From contig CAWASQ010000093.1 of NCBI GenBank assembly GCA_963784465.1, positions 4,411 to 68,410 of the forward strand: a stretch of DNA of 64,000 nt. Reading direction: 5' to 3'. Of the stretch, positions 43,291 to 53,514 are shown piece by piece. The position numbers and the translations under genes are program-made. The notes under the pieces are model-generated. The model was not told the DNA's origin. It worked only from the letters and a program-made list of their open reading frames with translations, and did no database searches. This DNA is from an uncultured Verrucomicrobiae bacterium (lineage in GTDB: Bacteria > Verrucomicrobiota > Verrucomicrobiia > Chthoniobacterales > Terrimicrobiaceae). Every line of letters begins with the position of its first letter. The stretch's first letter is position 1.

Positions 43291-43542
43291 TCATCTGTTG
43301 TTGTTGGAAGGGTAGGTTGAACCCAACGCCGGCCCAGCGTTACCAATATAGCCGATCCGGCCGGCTTCACGCGCGATTCGCTGTTGACGTTCCTTTTGCA
43401 CACGCCACAGGCGGCTGTCATTCTGGTCCTGAAAAATGCGTTGGACGACAACGCCAGCGTGGGCCGCGTATTGCTTGGTGGGGGCACATCCGAGGACCAT
43501 TAAGGAGATTGCGACTGAGAGCCCAGTAGAGCGAAAACTCAT
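43291..43542 (-). CDS. small lipoprotein (hypothetical)
   Basis: MSFRSTGLSVAISLMVLGC is a lipobox-like signal. 83 aa. Confidence 0.45.
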   Translation of the reverse strand: MSFRSTGLSVAISLMVLGCAPTKQYAAHAGVVVQRIFQDQNDSRLWRVQKERQQRIAREAGRIGYIGNAGPALGSTYPSNNNR

Positions 43543-43838
43543 ACTCCATCATACCGCATTCGCCTCGCTTCGGAAATCAAAAGCCGGCGCAAACTTTGTT
43601 ATGAACGCGTGCCGACCGAGTTTTCGTCGGATACGCGATCGCAGTGTTACGAAGGATAAGGTTGAAACGCGTCTGCCTCGGACTCCACAAGGAAAGCGCG
43701 ATGCGAATCTCCTGTGGCCTCGTAGTTCGTGCCGATCTATTGCATTCGGCGGCGACTTTGCGGTTTATTTCGGCGGACGCCGACTATTCGCGCCAAGGGC
43801 TGAGAAGCACGAGAGCAATAGGGTAAGCCATTTGGTCA

Positions 43839-45633
43839 TCAATAAGGGCTCAAGACTTCCGTTGCGATCCCGGGGAATCTTGATCTGCTGATCTGTTGCC
43901 GCGGCCTCTTGATGGTGCTGAAGTCGCGACGGAGCTTGGCGAAGCAACGGCTAGTTTCTGACGTCGAGATCTTCTCAACAAAGCGGCGTCGCAATGTGTG
44001 ATAGTCACTATCCGCGTCATAAAATTGCCTAAACATTTTTTGTAGTTCCGCCTCACGATAAGCTCGCAGTGGCTTAGTCATTTCATCCGTTTCTCTTGCT
44101 TTGGCCTTTGCGCACAAAAAACTGTCGTGATTGCTGTGGTTTGCGAGCCCCTCGGCTGACGCTTTAACCCGCTCAACGAACTCCGAATACGTATTCGGCA
44201 TGATTTCGTCAATCAGGCCAATCCGCTTTGCTCTCTGCATTCCCACCGGCAACGCGGATTCGGTCAATTCGATTGCCATGTTCGGACCAACTCGCTTGGG
44301 CAGCAAGTACGTCCAGTATTCAGAACCGTATAGTCCCATCGTCTTGTAGTGCGGATTAACGACACATCCAGCCCGCGCCCACACTCTGTCGGCAGCGAGT
44401 GACATTATCGCACCACCTGCCCCAGCCGATCCCCATAAGGCGGAGACCGTCAAGCAAGACGTCGTGTTGATTATTTCAAGGACCAGGTCATTGATCGCAT
44501 TGATATTGCGCCATGATTCGTCGGCAGGGTTGCTGGCGGCCTCGATCACATTCAAGTGAATGCCATTCGACCAGAAATCCGTCCCACCCAGCAGCACGAT
44601 GACCTTGATGGGGCGTGATCTAATACATAAGTAGGCTTCCCTCAACCGTCTGCATTGCTCAGTCTGCATCGCGCCATTATGAAAATCAAAATGCAGGTAT
44701 CCAACGCTATTTGATTCCTCATACCAAATCTCTCGGAAAGTCTTGAGTTTCCCCTGACGCAAGAAATCCTCGGGTGATTCCGGAATACAGCCCAACTTTC
44801 CCTTCAGCAACATCGCTGCGGGAAGTTTAAAGCTTCGAGATTTGTCTTCTGAATCCGCGCTCTTCCTCCTTAGATGAGAGACCCAGACCGCGCCGTCTTT
44901 GGACGCAAGGCAAATCGCCCCGCATCGTTGGGCGATAATTTCCCCGGCGTTCCCTCCGCGCAACACCTCCTCTTTGTGTGCGCCGTAGAGATAGTATTCT
45001 TGGCCGAATATCGTATCCAACACGCCTGGAGAGCTATCCGCGGCGTGAATTTTTCGTACGATGTCGTCCGTACCGTCCCGCGACCAATCAATCCTTCTCT
45101 CCACTTGCTTCATCGAGGGACGCAATGCTCCCTTTACGTTGACGTTTGAATAGTCGAGCGGCTCGGGTCTGAAACCGGTTGTCCGAAACTGGCGAACAGT
45201 GTCGCAGATGAGACGCATCGCAGCTTCGGTAACCTCTCTTCGATAAATACTCGCTTTGCATGCGACACGCATTTCGAAGTGGGCAGATGACCAAATATCT
45301 CCGGCATCCATTTCGCTGGATGCCTGTATCGCTGTCACTCCCCAAGTTTTTCGGTTCTCGGTAATTGCCCAATCGAGCGAGGATGGTCCTCGGTCCCCTA
45401 CTATTCCTGGATGAATGATTATGCAGGTATGCACTTTCCAGATATCCTCGGGCACTCTCGCTTTCAAGAATGGACAAATAATCAAATCTGGCTGGAAAAG
45501 TAGTACCGCCCACTCGCATCTCTTCCTCGTTTGCCGGTAACGAAACAGAGACGGAGTGTCCGAGCTCTTCAAGTTCGATGTGAGCGCGTTGGCATAAGCC
45601 ATTATACGATGTTGCTATCAACAAGATTCTCAT
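43839..45633 (-). pseudogene. hypX: HypX/HoxX-like protein (formyltransferase-like N-domain plus crotonase-like C-domain), one frameshift near 45510
   Basis: MRILLIATSYNGLCQRAHIELEELGH (ORF 45088-45828), then LFQPDLIICPFLKARVPEDIW...IIHPGIVGDRGPSSLDWAI and GSAGAGGAIMSLAADRVWARAGCVVNPHYKTMGLYGSEYWTYLLPKRVG (ORF 43839-45602). Confidence 0.7.
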
Positions 45634-47074
45634 TTGTATTTCCCGAGTGAATTCCTGGTTAGCCCAATTGCTAAGGGCGGGACATTCAGGACGAGCTGAC
45701 CGGCGAAAACCCTCTTTGGTGTTTCGAGGCCCTTTGAGTAAAAATCCACTACTTGCGGACTCCCGACACATCAACCGCGCCCCAGGTCGCCGCAAGGAGA
45801 CTCCAAAGCGTCGCACATTCGCCTTCATGGGCGATCTGCAAGTAACAGCGTGCGATGAGTCATTCTCGACCGGCGCATGGGTGCTCCAGAATAATAAGAC
45901 GCACGTTTGTGATTACGTATTTTCAGTCCCTTTTTTCCCCAATACTGCGTTGCTAACTATGTCGAAAGGCTGTCCGTCGATATCAGCGAGAAGTGCAACG
46001 ACACCCGAGACTCGCTGGAGACTTTCTTCAACTCTGAAAACGATTCCGGCAGCTCTGACAACCCCGTTTCCCTCTTCATTCGACTATGTGCCTTCGTACA
46101 TATATCAGTACGCGCAAGCCTCGTGTCACTTGCAAAGAAAGTTTCCTGGGTCTTCGAGGCCAGGCGCTGACCATCGTTGCAAAGAATCCGATCTAGACGC
46201 GTCTGTAGCTTGAGCTTGAAGCCGCCCCGGGTGGACCGACCACAGATATGATCAGGTCGCCGGCGCATTGTCGTCTATGGTCTCCCCACTGACATTGTGC
46301 TGCGACATAGCGGACGCTATACCGTGTGCACCGCCGACAAAAGGTGACAGTGCAGAAGCTCCGGTTTCGGAGCTACCGCGTCTTCGGAAACACGCTGGGA
46401 CGCACCTACTTGACAGCGGTAAACGACTCCACCGGCGATGCCGACGCCTTTCTGGACGTTTCAGTAAAGCCGACCTGGTTTCGCAAGCACTTTCGCGAAT
46501 TCTTAGAAGTCGGCGAAGGCTGCTCGATCATATCGGCATTCGCTGGTTCAGGTCGCGTCATGAGTTTCAGCAAACGCCGCATCTCTCAATTGGCGGGCGC
46601 AGCGAACGAGGCAGGATTCCGCAGAAACGCGAGGAAGTGTCAAGAAGTCGCTCGCACGCCCTAATGGACGGATACGACAATCGCAACAATCGAGACGACG
46701 AGCGCAACAATCGAGACGACAACCGTCCATTTCGCGATCCGCCTATCTGTTTCGGCGGGGTCTGGGTGGGGCGCGCTCAATCGAGGCGACATTGCTCAGA
46801 CCGGCGCGATGCCGTCATTGAAAATGTGACGAGCGCGGCAATTTTGCGATTCAACAGCCTTCCTCGACGAGTCATTCTAATTTTGATCCAATAACTCGAA
46901 ACAAATTCTGTAAGGCGGTTTCTCGGAGCCGGTGGACGGCGCTGAAATCGTTTTGACCCGCCTGGCAGTGTCCCTTTAGCTTTTTTTGGTTACTATTCCG
47001 TCACTGCCGGTGACTCAAAATGACCGATCAATTTCCAAAGCGTCCGCAGAGCCTTTGTTTATCAGTGTTTGCGG

Positions 47075-47151
47075 TGGTCGGGCCGGCGGGATTCGAACCC
47101 GCGGCCTCTTGAACCCCATTCAAGCGCTCTACCAAGCTGAGCCACGGCCCG
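47075..47151 (-). tRNA. tRNA-Pro (GGG)
   Basis: Reverse complement is CGGGCCG-TG-GCTC..GAGC-G-CTTGA-ATGGGGT-TCAAG-AGGCC-GCGGG-TTCGAAT-CCCGC-CGGCCCG-A-CCA, a full cloverleaf with CCA encoded. Confidence 0.9.
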
Positions 47152-47240
47152 TTACTGAACGAAAAAGAATTCAATGTTATTTCCTCAAAGGCAACCGCAA
47201 TCTCTTGAGGTTTGGCCGGAACGGTACGCGGCCATATGAG

Positions 47241-48248
47241 TCAGCTCGGCCGTTCGGCTTCCGCACGCGGTGGCCGCCCCAGCAACTCCCACATGGCCTC
47301 GTGTGGCGGCTTGTTCGAATAGAGGACGGCATGCACTTCAGAGGTGATGGGAGCCTCCACACCGAGTTTCTGAGCGCGTTGCCAGGCGCTCAGCGCAGTC
47401 GGGATCCCCTCCGCGACCATTTGCATCGAAGCTTGGATTTGAGCGGGCGACTCTCCTCTGCCGAGGCGCTCGCCGACTTTCCGATTGCGGCTGTGACGGC
47501 TGAAACACGTCACCATCAAGTCGCCGATTCCGCTGAGACCGAAGAATGTTTCCCGTCGTCCTCCCAGGGCAACCCCGAGACGCATCATTTCAGCCAACGC
47601 GCGTGTGACGAATCCCGCCTTGGCATTATCGCCCATGTTAAAGCCGTCGGAAACCCCTGCGCCGATGGCGAAGATATTTTTCAGTGCCCCGCCAAGCTGA
47701 ATGCCGGTGACGTCATCGCTCGTGTAGGCGCGGAACGTAGGAAGTGAAAACGTCTTTTGCAAGGCATCGAGCAAGTCGGCGTGGGTGGAACCGACCACGC
47801 CGGCTGCAGGAATTCGCTGCGCGACCTCGACGGCGTGATTCGGGCCGGAAAGAACTGCCACGCGGTTCAGCGGCAGGCATTCTTCGAGAATCTGGCTCAT
47901 AAGCTTCCCGGTGTCATGCTCCATGCCCTTCGTGCAACTGACAAACACGGTTTTGGGATCCGGCTTCAATAGGCCGATCTGAGCCGCCACTTCTCGCACC
48001 GCTTTCGAGGGTGTGACGATCAGCGCGAGCTCGGCGTCCAACGCATCGGAAAGATTCCGTGTAGCATAAACATTGGGCGGGAGGCGAACCCCGGGAAGGT
48101 AGGTCTCGTTCGTTCGCCTGGAGACAAGTTCGTCCGCAACCGAAGGGCTATGAGCCCAGAGGCGGACCTGGGCCCGGTTCTCCGCTAGCAGCAAGGCCAG
48201 CGCCGTGCCCCAACTGCCAGCGCCGATTATTCCGATTTTTCTATGCAT
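47241..48248 (-). CDS. gpsA: NAD(P)H-dependent glycerol-3-phosphate dehydrogenase
   Basis: MHRKIGIIGAGSWGTALALLLA, GALKNIFAIGAG. Confidence 0.9.
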   Translation of the reverse strand: MHRKIGIIGAGSWGTALALLLAENRAQVRLWAHSPSVADELVSRRTNETYLPGVRLPPNVYATRNLSDALDAELALIVTPSKAVREVAAQIGLLKPDPKTVFVSCTKGMEHDTGKLMSQILEECLPLNRVAVLSGPNHAVEVAQRIPAAGVVGSTHADLLDALQKTFSLPTFRAYTSDDVTGIQLGGALKNIFAIGAGVSDGFNMGDNAKAGFVTRALAEMMRLGVALGGRRETFFGLSGIGDLMVTCFSRHSRNRKVGERLGRGESPAQIQASMQMVAEGIPTALSAWQRAQKLGVEAPITSEVHAVLYSNKPPHEAMWELLGRPPRAEAERPS

Positions 48249-48267
48249 TGAATACGAGTCAAGTGAC

Positions 48268-48903
48268 TTATGACGAATGCTTTTTATCGAATTTTTTCTC
48301 TGTTCCTGCAATAAGGCGTTGGATGTTGGATTTATGCCGCCAGGTGGCAAGTATGGCCATGAGAACCGCGACGGGCACTAAAAGCCAGTCGCATTTTCCG
48401 GCAAGGGCAAGAAGCCCGGTGGTGACCGGGAGGCTTATCGCGGCGGCGATGGATGCCACTGAAACGTAGCGCGTGCCGTAGAACAAAGCCATCCAGACCG
48501 CGAAGGCAACGAGGAAGGTCCAGATCGGAAACAATGCGATCATGATGCCTGCGGACGTTGCGATACCCTTGCCGCCCTTGAAGCCGAGCCAGACAGGAAA
48601 GTTGTGTCCGACCACCGCGAAGAGAGCGGCCAGAATGCCGGCCACAGTCATCTGGTCGGGAGCATAGCGATTCGCCAGGACGTAGGCCAGAGTCACGCTG
48701 AACCAACCTTTGAAGATATCCGCGGCGAAGACCAGGTAGCCCCATTTCTTGCCGAGGACACGCAGGGCGTTCGTTGCGCCGATATTGCCGCTGCCCTCCT
48801 TGCGAAGATCGATCCCCTGGGCGCGCCCGGCCAGGTAGCCGCTCGGAATGGAACCAATGAGGTAGGCTCCAAGGGCTATCAGGAGGGCTAGAGGCAACGA
48901 CAT
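48268..48903 (-). CDS. plsY: glycerol-3-phosphate acyltransferase PlsY
   Basis: YLIGSIPSGYLAG...GSGNIGATNALR...GGKGIATSAG. Confidence 0.9.
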   Translation of the reverse strand: MSLPLALLIALGAYLIGSIPSGYLAGRAQGIDLRKEGSGNIGATNALRVLGKKWGYLVFAADIFKGWFSVTLAYVLANRYAPDQMTVAGILAALFAVVGHNFPVWLGFKGGKGIATSAGIMIALFPIWTFLVAFAVWMALFYGTRYVSVASIAAAISLPVTTGLLALAGKCDWLLVPVAVLMAILATWRHKSNIQRLIAGTEKKFDKKHSS

Positions 48904-48962
48904 GAGCGAGGTAATGGACGCCCCGGGGATTGCTCTCAAGAAAAAATCGTGCAACTTCTCTT

Positions 48963-49496
48963 ATGAAGGTCGTTCTTGCGATTTGTCTTTCAACGACACT
49001 ATTGAGCGCAACCATGAAGAATGCTCCCGCCTCCGATCTGCCAGCCGAGGTAACGGTTCGTTTGCTAGGACCCGATAACAACGCCCTTCCACCCGAAAAA
49101 GTTCCGAGCGTCAGAAAATCCGACGAGGAATGGCTCAAGCAGCTTGGGCCGGAACGATTTCGCATTCTCCGCACCGAGGGGACCGAGCGGCCGTTCTGTG
49201 GGACGCTCCTGGACAACAAAAAGACGGGTATCTATTTTTGTGCGGGCTGCGATCTGCCCCTATTCAGCTCCAAGACAAAGTTCAACTCCGGTACGGGCTG
49301 GCCGAGCTTTTTCGAGCCCTTCGCGCGTGAAAATGTGGACGAGATCCAGGATAGGAGTCATGGCATGGTGCGCACGGAAATCCGTTGCGCGCGTTGTGGT
49401 GGACATCTCGGGCACGTCTTTCCCGACGGTCCGCCACCGACCGGACTTCGATACTGCCTTAATTCCGAGGCCCTGGTTTTTTTAGAGACAAAATAG
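48963..49496 (+). CDS. msrB: peptide-methionine (R)-S-oxide reductase with signal peptide
   Basis: [43 protein letters not shown]. Confidence 0.9.
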   Translation: MKVVLAICLSTTLLSATMKNAPASDLPAEVTVRLLGPDNNALPPEKVPSVRKSDEEWLKQLGPERFRILRTEGTERPFCGTLLDNKKTGIYFCAGCDLPLFSSKTKFNSGTGWPSFFEPFARENVDEIQDRSHGMVRTEIRCARCGGHLGHVFPDGPPPTGLRYCLNSEALVFLETK

Positions 49497-49640
49497 CATC
49501 GGAGGATTTTCAGAAAAATCCGTTGCATGGCGGGCTTTCTCCGCTTAGCGTCTTAATTTGGGACTTCGGACCGAAGAGCCATCTTGTTGGCTGAAATGAA
49601 GATTGACGAGTGAGAGACACTTTAAAGATACGCTGCGGAG

Positions 49641-49677
49641 CGCCCTTTCCGGGGATGCCAGGGCGTCTTTTTCTTTT
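49641..49677 (+). terminator. rho-independent terminator-like hairpin plus T-run
   Basis: CGCCCT-N13-AGGGCG followed by TCTTTTTCTTTT. It lies 145 nt after the msrB stop. Confidence 0.5.
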
Positions 49678-49841
49678 GTTCCGGTGGACAACGCGGGGCG
49701 TTGTTACCCTGAGTCGAATGCCGGTCTTCCCACCATAACCTGGGGGGAATTCCGTTCTTTGAGCCCTGGGCGAGCTTGCGTCCGGGCGCTTAGTGGCCTC
49801 TCTCCGAGAGGCACAGTCAAACTCCGCAGCCTTCCCTTTTC

Positions 49842-52019
49842 ATGAAAATCTTCTTTCGTTTCCTTCGATCATCGCGTCGGAACCAGGCGAACAATTGCCT
49901 ACGCACCCTTTGGTTGACTCTTCTCGTATTCGGAATCGTCGTGGCTTCCCAGCAAAGAGTTGATGCCGCATCGACCACCGCCGATGGCGCAACGGTCGAG
50001 AAATTTACCGGCGGCCACACGCGGCTCGTATGGCTCACGGATGCCGAGAATAAAGACAGTTTTGCGGTCCGAGACCGCCTTCAGTTGGTGGGTTATGATT
50101 CGCGCGATGGAAAGGGCGAGCGGATTATTTGGGGTGACCGAGCCAACTACTACCGGCCGCTAATCACTCCGGATGGACAACAGATCGTCATCAGCAACAG
50201 GCAGGCTCGAAAGATTTACGTGGTCGCTTGGGACGGATCGCCTCCGCGGCTCCTCAAGGAGCCGGGGTGCGCCTCGGAAGTCTGGCGGGACCCCAATACA
50301 GGAAAGACGTGGGTCTACTATCAGGTGAACCCAAACGACTACACGACTCCCGTCTTGCGATTCCCGATCGATGAGCCGTCCAAGGTGGAGCCGGTCTGGT
50401 CATCATCCGTTGTGCAGGCTTTGCCTTCGTTCCAACTTTCTCGCGACGGCAAGATGGCGGCGACCACATTCCCTTGGCCGAGTTCCGGAGTGGCGGAACT
50501 TCCCGATGTCGCCTGGCGCAAGCATCGAGACGGCTGTTGGCCAGCCATGGCGCCCGATGACAGCTACCTATCGTGGACATTCGATGGACCGCATCGCAAC
50601 CTTTTCCTGACGAGGGCGGGCGAGGAGTCCTGGACGGTGAATATCTCCAATGCCCCCGGCGTGAGGGATTACGAGGTTTATCATCCCCGCTGGAGTAACG
50701 ATGTCCGCTACATGGTAATGACGGGGCCTTATACGACCGGGCGCAAAGCGATCAAGCTTTGGGCCGGGGCGGACGGCGTGGAAATCTACCTCGGGAAGTT
50801 TGGCAAGGACTTTCGAAGCGTCGAGAGCTGGCTCAAAGTGACAAATTCACGGGTGGGCGAATTCTTCCCCGATGTGTGGATCGCAGGGGGCGAGCACGTA
50901 TCGAGCAAGTATGACAGCGCAACGCGATTTGCCGCCAGGACCGATTCGGGGCTTGTGCAAAAGCTCAGATCCCTTTTCACCGAGCCTTACGAGAATGTGT
51001 GGCCGGGCAGCAGAACCGGGCTGGTGTTTCAATGGCGCGACAACAAGGATAGTGGCCAGTTCGTCAATAGCTCCGGTCAGTCGCGCAGTGTTCGTTTGAA
51101 AGCCGCGGGCGGCGCCCGCTTCGGTCCCAACGGAGAAATGCATATTCTCGGAGGGGCTTTCATTCCTGACGGAGCCTTTAACAAGGAGATACGCGACGAG
51201 TGCAGAAAAAGCGGCGAACTGGCGATCGAGGCGGTTGTCACGACATCGCGTGTGCCGCAATTCGGTCCTGCCAGAATTATCAGCTTCTCCAGGAACCCGG
51301 CCAAAAGAAACTTTACCTTGGGGCAACAGGACAACCACCTCGTGCTCAGGCTTCAAACGTCGAATACGAGCAGGAACGGAATGGACTTCAAGCTGGCGGC
51401 GCTTGAGCCCGGCAAAGCCTACCATGTCGTGGTTACCTACAAGTCAGGGCTGCTCGTGTGCTATTTGAACGGGAAAGCGGTGAGCCAGACAAACTTCGAG
51501 AGCGGTTCTTTCAAGGAATGGCATGGCAGCAGTTACACCCTCATTTTCGGCAATGAGGTCGGCGGGGTTCGGCCTTGGGAGGGCTACCTGGATGGCGTTG
51601 CGATCTATAGCCGGTTCATTCAGCCCGAGGAAGCGGCAAGAAAGTTTAAATTGGCCAACGCGCGGATTGCCGCACGGCCGCAGATCGACCGGAAAGTCGT
51701 CAAGGCGGAAATGCTTCAGAAGGCCGATTCCCCCTCGCCCGAAGCCATCACGCCGTACCGCCGAGCGCTTGTTGTCAATCGCTACAAGATCAAAGAGGCC
51801 CAGGACGCCAAGCTCGTAAATCAGACGGTTCAAGTCGCCGAGTGGGCGCTGCTCGATGCAAAGGTGCCTTCGACCTATGCGCATACGACGCCCGGCCACG
51901 TTGTCGAACTCAACCTCGAGCCCTACGAAGCGCATCCGCAACTCGAAAGCGAGAGACTTGCCAGCGACGCGCCTTCCCTCGATGAGGATCTCTATTACAG
52001 CGTAAGTTCAGGGCGATAG
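49842..52019 (+). CDS. secreted protein with propeller-like N-terminal region and LamG/concanavalin-A-like lectin domain
   Basis: 725 aa, N-terminal TM/signal segment. LamG-like block ELAIEAVVTT...RIISFSRN...HLVLRLQT...YHVVVTYKSGLLVCYLNGKAV...LIFGNE...WEGYLDGVAIYSRFIQPEEA. Confidence 0.6.
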   Translation: MKIFFRFLRSSRRNQANNCLRTLWLTLLVFGIVVASQQRVDAASTTADGATVEKFTGGHTRLVWLTDAENKDSFAVRDRLQLVGYDSRDGKGERIIWGDRANYYRPLITPDGQQIVISNRQARKIYVVAWDGSPPRLLKEPGCASEVWRDPNTGKTWVYYQVNPNDYTTPVLRFPIDEPSKVEPVWSSSVVQALPSFQLSRDGKMAATTFPWPSSGVAELPDVAWRKHRDGCWPAMAPDDSYLSWTFDGPHRNLFLTRAGEESWTVNISNAPGVRDYEVYHPRWSNDVRYMVMTGPYTTGRKAIKLWAGADGVEIYLGKFGKDFRSVESWLKVTNSRVGEFFPDVWIAGGEHVSSKYDSATRFAARTDSGLVQKLRSLFTEPYENVWPGSRTGLVFQWRDNKDSGQFVNSSGQSRSVRLKAAGGARFGPNGEMHILGGAFIPDGAFNKEIRDECRKSGELAIEAVVTTSRVPQFGPARIISFSRNPAKRNFTLGQQDNHLVLRLQTSNTSRNGMDFKLAALEPGKAYHVVVTYKSGLLVCYLNGKAVSQTNFESGSFKEWHGSSYTLIFGNEVGGVRPWEGYLDGVAIYSRFIQPEEAARKFKLANARIAARPQIDRKVVKAEMLQKADSPSPEAITPYRRALVVNRYKIKEAQDAKLVNQTVQVAEWALLDAKVPSTYAHTTPGHVVELNLEPYEAHPQLESERLASDAPSLDEDLYYSVSSGR

Positions 52020-52035
52020 GCCATTCCTAAGAGCC

Positions 52036-53511
52036 GTGGTCTTTAGTTCGCACCTGTTCATCTTTTATTTCCTGCCGCTGTCCCTGCTGGCCTACTACGC
52101 CCTCTTTCGGGCGCCGCAGCGTTCGCGCAACTTTGTCCTGGTCGTCTTTGGCTACGCGTTCTACGGATGGGCAGAGCCGCGCTTCATCCCGCTGATGTTC
52201 GGAACGACGCTGCTCGATTGGCTCGTCAGCCTGGTCATCGCGCACAATAGCTGGAACGTTTGGCGCACGCGTCGCCAACCCGTGGAAGTCCTGGAGCGAG
52301 GGGGGGTCCGAAGCAGGACCCAAAAACTGGCCATCGCCTCCTCCGTAATCTTGAACTTGTCCGTTCTTGGCTTTTTCAAGTACTTTAATTTTGGCGTCGA
52401 CAGCTTTAACGCTCTGGCCCAATCGCTGGGTCTTGAGAGCTGGCAGTGGAACACTTTCTTTCGCGTGATTCTGCCATTAGGCATCAGCTTCTACACGTTC
52501 CAGGCGATGAGCTACACGATCGACGTCTATCGCGGCGACGCAAAAGCCATGAAGAACTTCACGGACTTCTCATGCTTTGTGTCCATGTTTCCTCACCTCG
52601 TGGCAGGACCAATTCTGAAGTTTTCTTACCTGGCGGACCAATTGGAAAGCCGGACGCTGACCTTTGAGAAGTTTGCGCGGGGGGCAACTTTCGTCGCGCT
52701 GGGATTTGCAAAAAAGATTCTCCTTGCGAATCCCGCCGGGAAGGTAGCGGACATGACCTTCAACGCCGGTTCGGTCGGATTCTTTGATGCGTGGTTCGGG
52801 GCGGTCGCCTACGCCTTTCAGATCTACTTCGATTTCAGCGCCTATTCGGATATTGCAATCGGGCTCGGACTGATGCTCGGCTTTGTGTTCGCCAAGAATT
52901 TTGACTCGCCCTACAAGTCCGCCTCGATTACCGAGTTCTGGCATCGTTGGCATATCTCGCTTTCGTCCTGGCTGCGCGATTACTTGTATATTCCCCTTGG
53001 AGGCAATCGGCGGGGAGAGCTTAGGACCTACGCCAATCTCATGCTTGTGATGCTGCTGGGCGGCCTGTGGCACGGAGCCTCCTGGAATTTTGTCATTTGG
53101 GGTGGCATACATGGCGGAATGCTGGCCTTCGAGCGCAGCCAGGGGCGGTATGGCATGTTCAATCGGTTGCCGCGTCTCCTGCAGATCATGATGACGTTCC
53201 TGATCGTCGTGTTTGCCTGGGTCTTTTTTCGCGCCAGGGACTTGCCGAGCGCGCTCGCTTACTGCCAAAGCATGCTTGGCTTCGGCGAGCCCCAGGCCGG
53301 CGCCGGCCTGATCGCCGGCCTCATCTACCAGCCCTATTATGTCCTAAGTTTGCTCCTCGCCGCGCTGGTTGCTTGGGCGGGCGTTCAGACCTGGGACTGG
53401 ACCCGCAGCCTCACCGCACCGAAAGGCGCTTTCATCTTCGCGCTGTTCTGGGTTTCGCTCCTGGTCATGGCCACTCAAGCCTACAATCCCTTCATCTATT
53501 TCATTTTTTGA
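52036..53511 (+). CDS. MBOAT family O-acyltransferase (AlgI/DltB-like)
   Basis: 491 aa, multi-TM. FWHRWHISLSSWLRDYLYIPLGGNR and LWHGASWNFVIWGGIHG. Confidence 0.9.
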   Translation: MVFSSHLFIFYFLPLSLLAYYALFRAPQRSRNFVLVVFGYAFYGWAEPRFIPLMFGTTLLDWLVSLVIAHNSWNVWRTRRQPVEVLERGGVRSRTQKLAIASSVILNLSVLGFFKYFNFGVDSFNALAQSLGLESWQWNTFFRVILPLGISFYTFQAMSYTIDVYRGDAKAMKNFTDFSCFVSMFPHLVAGPILKFSYLADQLESRTLTFEKFARGATFVALGFAKKILLANPAGKVADMTFNAGSVGFFDAWFGAVAYAFQIYFDFSAYSDIAIGLGLMLGFVFAKNFDSPYKSASITEFWHRWHISLSSWLRDYLYIPLGGNRRGELRTYANLMLVMLLGGLWHGASWNFVIWGGIHGGMLAFERSQGRYGMFNRLPRLLQIMMTFLIVVFAWVFFRARDLPSALAYCQSMLGFGEPQAGAGLIAGLIYQPYYVLSLLLAALVAWAGVQTWDWTRSLTAPKGAFIFALFWVSLLVMATQAYNPFIYFIF

Positions 53512-53514
53512 GGC

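Noticed and set aside
45647-46894. ORFs 45647-46213, 45957-46268, 46268-46894 and 46326-46664
   Set aside because: They mutually overlap. They are Arg/Ser-rich or lack motifs, and have no convincing start context. The 112-aa GTG frame (46326-46664) is the most protein-like, but it is still unsupported.
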